A stretch of DNA of 24,000 bases from Weeksellaceae bacterium (lineage in GTDB: Bacteria > Bacteroidota > Bacteroidia > Flavobacteriales > Weeksellaceae): NCBI GenBank assembly GCA_019459455.1, contig JAIBEX010000021.1:197576-221575 (forward strand). The letters are read 5' to 3'. Made by a program: the position numbers and the translations under genes. The notes below the pieces were generated by a model. It did no database searches, had not been told where the DNA came from, and saw only the letters and a list, made by a program, of their open reading frames with translations. Of this stretch, positions 22,847 through 24,000 are shown one piece after another. The stretch's first letter is position 1, and every line of letters begins with the position of its first letter.

Positions 22847-24000
22847 ATGGAACCACAAGTAATGCCCATCATGATTAAAAAAAAAGCCGGCAGTAAGAAA
22901 GTGCATACGCAGCAGGCCACAGACGGTATGTCTGAAAACGGAGTGCAGCGGAAATTGAGCGTACTTCATCTCCCGTCACCGGAGGACGGCCGCCATCTGT
23001 ATTTCCGGACGGTGGTGCAGGAACTGGAGGAAGCAGGCCTTTGGATCTGCCTGGTACTTTCGCAGCTCCGGGGTCCTGTTTCGGTTCCGGAGCTTAAAGG
23101 CATGCTGTCTGTGGAACACCGGGAGGACTGCCATGCCGCTCTAGCCGGCGTCCGTCACCTCATTCAGGGACAGGAAAGGATTGAAATCGCCGACCGGCAC
23201 TTCGCGGAGTTTTTGGCACTGCAGTATCCGGAATACCTAAAGGAATGCCGGGAGCACACCGTTCGGTTTTGCAGCGCGCATCCGGAAAGTCCGTATGCAG
23301 CAGTACACCTCGTGTACCATGATGCTTTATCGGGGAACGGGGCGGAAGCATTTGCAAACTGTTCACAGGAATGGGCAGACCGGCTGGCGCACCGGCATAC
23401 GCCACCTGATCTGATCCTATCGGATATCAAACGAACGGCAGCGCTGGCGGCTGAACTGGGAAAGCCTGCAGAACTGATCCGGCTTCTTTTGCTCCTTCAG
23501 CGTATGGAGTTCCGCTACAATACCGTCCTGAGCGAATTCTCGGCGGAAACGGCACAGGCCCTCATTGCGCAAAATAAATATGCAGAGGCTGTTTCCCTGC
23601 TGGTACAGCAGAACACCCTGCTCACAGACCCCGCCGAAGCCCTTCACTTTTTACCCTTTTTCTATGCACACGGAGCGAGGGCTGAAGCAGAAATGCTGCA
23701 TCATGCCCTGCAAAAGCAGTCTGCGCCGGATCCGGAGTGGGCCGGAAAAAATGTTTTTAACAGAAACCCGGAAGCCGCATCTTCCTGTGCGGATACGGTG
23801 CTGCATGAAACAAACAGGGGCGCACTCCCCGTGCAGAAGATATGGGACTGGGGAGTCGCGGGCCACGATCCGCAGATGCTGAGCTATGGCCGGATGCATA
23901 CGGATATTTCCGACCTGGAAAATGAGCCCGGTTCTGCTGTTGACCGTACCTGGGCCGGCAGGTATGCCCGGTCACTGATGGCATTTAGCACCCTCTTCGA
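22847..24000 (+). CDS. Hypothetical helical protein of at least 384 aa; 3' end beyond the window; not in the supplied ORF track
   Basis: I translated the frame codon by codon from the ATG at 22847 (preceded by an in-frame TAA at 22841) to base 24000 and found no stop codon. The sequence reads MEPQVMPIMIKKKAGSKKVHTQQ...LHLPSPEDGRHLYFRTVVQELEEAGLWICLVLSQLRGPVSVPELKGML...AQALIAQNKYAEAVSLLVQQ... Alternative starts are at 22862, 22871 and 22928. All track ORFs in this span are shorter and out of frame or antisense. Confidence 0.7.
   Translation, partial: MEPQVMPIMIKKKAGSKKVHTQQATDGMSENGVQRKLSVLHLPSPEDGRHLYFRTVVQELEEAGLWICLVLSQLRGPVSVPELKGMLSVEHREDCHAALAGVRHLIQGQERIEIADRHFAEFLALQYPEYLKECREHTVRFCSAHPESPYAAVHLVYHDALSGNGAEAFANCSQEWADRLAHRHTPPDLILSDIKRTAALAAELGKPAELIRLLLLLQRMEFRYNTVLSEFSAETAQALIAQNKYAEAVSLLVQQNTLLTDPAEALHFLPFFYAHGARAEAEMLHHALQKQSAPDPEWAGKNVFNRNPEAASSCADTVLHETNRGALPVQKIWDWGVAGHDPQMLSYGRMHTDISDLENEPGSAVDRTWAGRYARSLMAFSTLF

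Noticed and set aside
1-24000. tRNA, rRNA, transposase or integrase genes
   Set aside because: I scanned by eye for T-arm or anticodon-stem patterns, rRNA-like conserved blocks, and DDE or tyrosine-recombinase motifs in the translated ORFs, and recognised none. A tRNAscan/Infernal run would be needed to exclude small RNAs formally.

Overview
This looks like a Bacteroidota chromosomal segment: it has a SusC/SusD pair, a T9SS-type remnant, RteC, lipoprotein signal peptides and no Shine-Dalgarno usage. It is moderately GC-rich with a few clearly AT-rich islands.

Gene order, left to right:
- The 3' part of a nucleotide-sugar dehydrogenase gene.
- A small scar region: a T9SS C-terminal-domain remnant plus an AT-rich HTH gene with a palindromic operator.
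- A SusC/SusD pair followed only by a 1187-aa secreted S9 serine peptidase. Its whole catalytic domain is duplicated in-frame (2 x 978 bp), and both catalytic triads are intact.
- A 1.2-kb noncoding block of hairpin repeats, arranged as roughly 245-bp direct repeats around an AT-rich DUF559 endonuclease gene.
- A minus-strand operon: lipoprotein, 59-aa ORF, MauE/DoxX-fusion membrane protein, and a 4-Cys secreted peptide. It is divergent from a TPR-TM-AraC one-component regulator.
- RteC plus a small basic DNA-binding gene, which is mobile-element-type regulation.
- A tightly coupled minus-strand module of unknown function: two weakly paralogous proteins, a DUF5675/YkuD-like protein and two holin-like miniproteins. 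A 19-bp tandem repeat array lies upstream of it.
- About 1 kb of structured noncoding DNA.
- A second TPR-TM-AraC regulator, again divergent from a small lipoprotein gene, with a 21-bp-spaced direct repeat in between.
- A long open frame that runs off the 3' edge and is absent from the ORF track.

I recognised no rRNA, tRNA, CRISPR array, transposase or integrase. Many long antisense ORFs in the track are shadows of GC-rich genes.

The best candidates for undescribed biology are the 17.1-19.7 kb module with its repeat array, the MauE/DoxX-peptide operon, and the DUF559 gene framed by structured repeats. All family assignments come from motif recognition by eye, not from searches.
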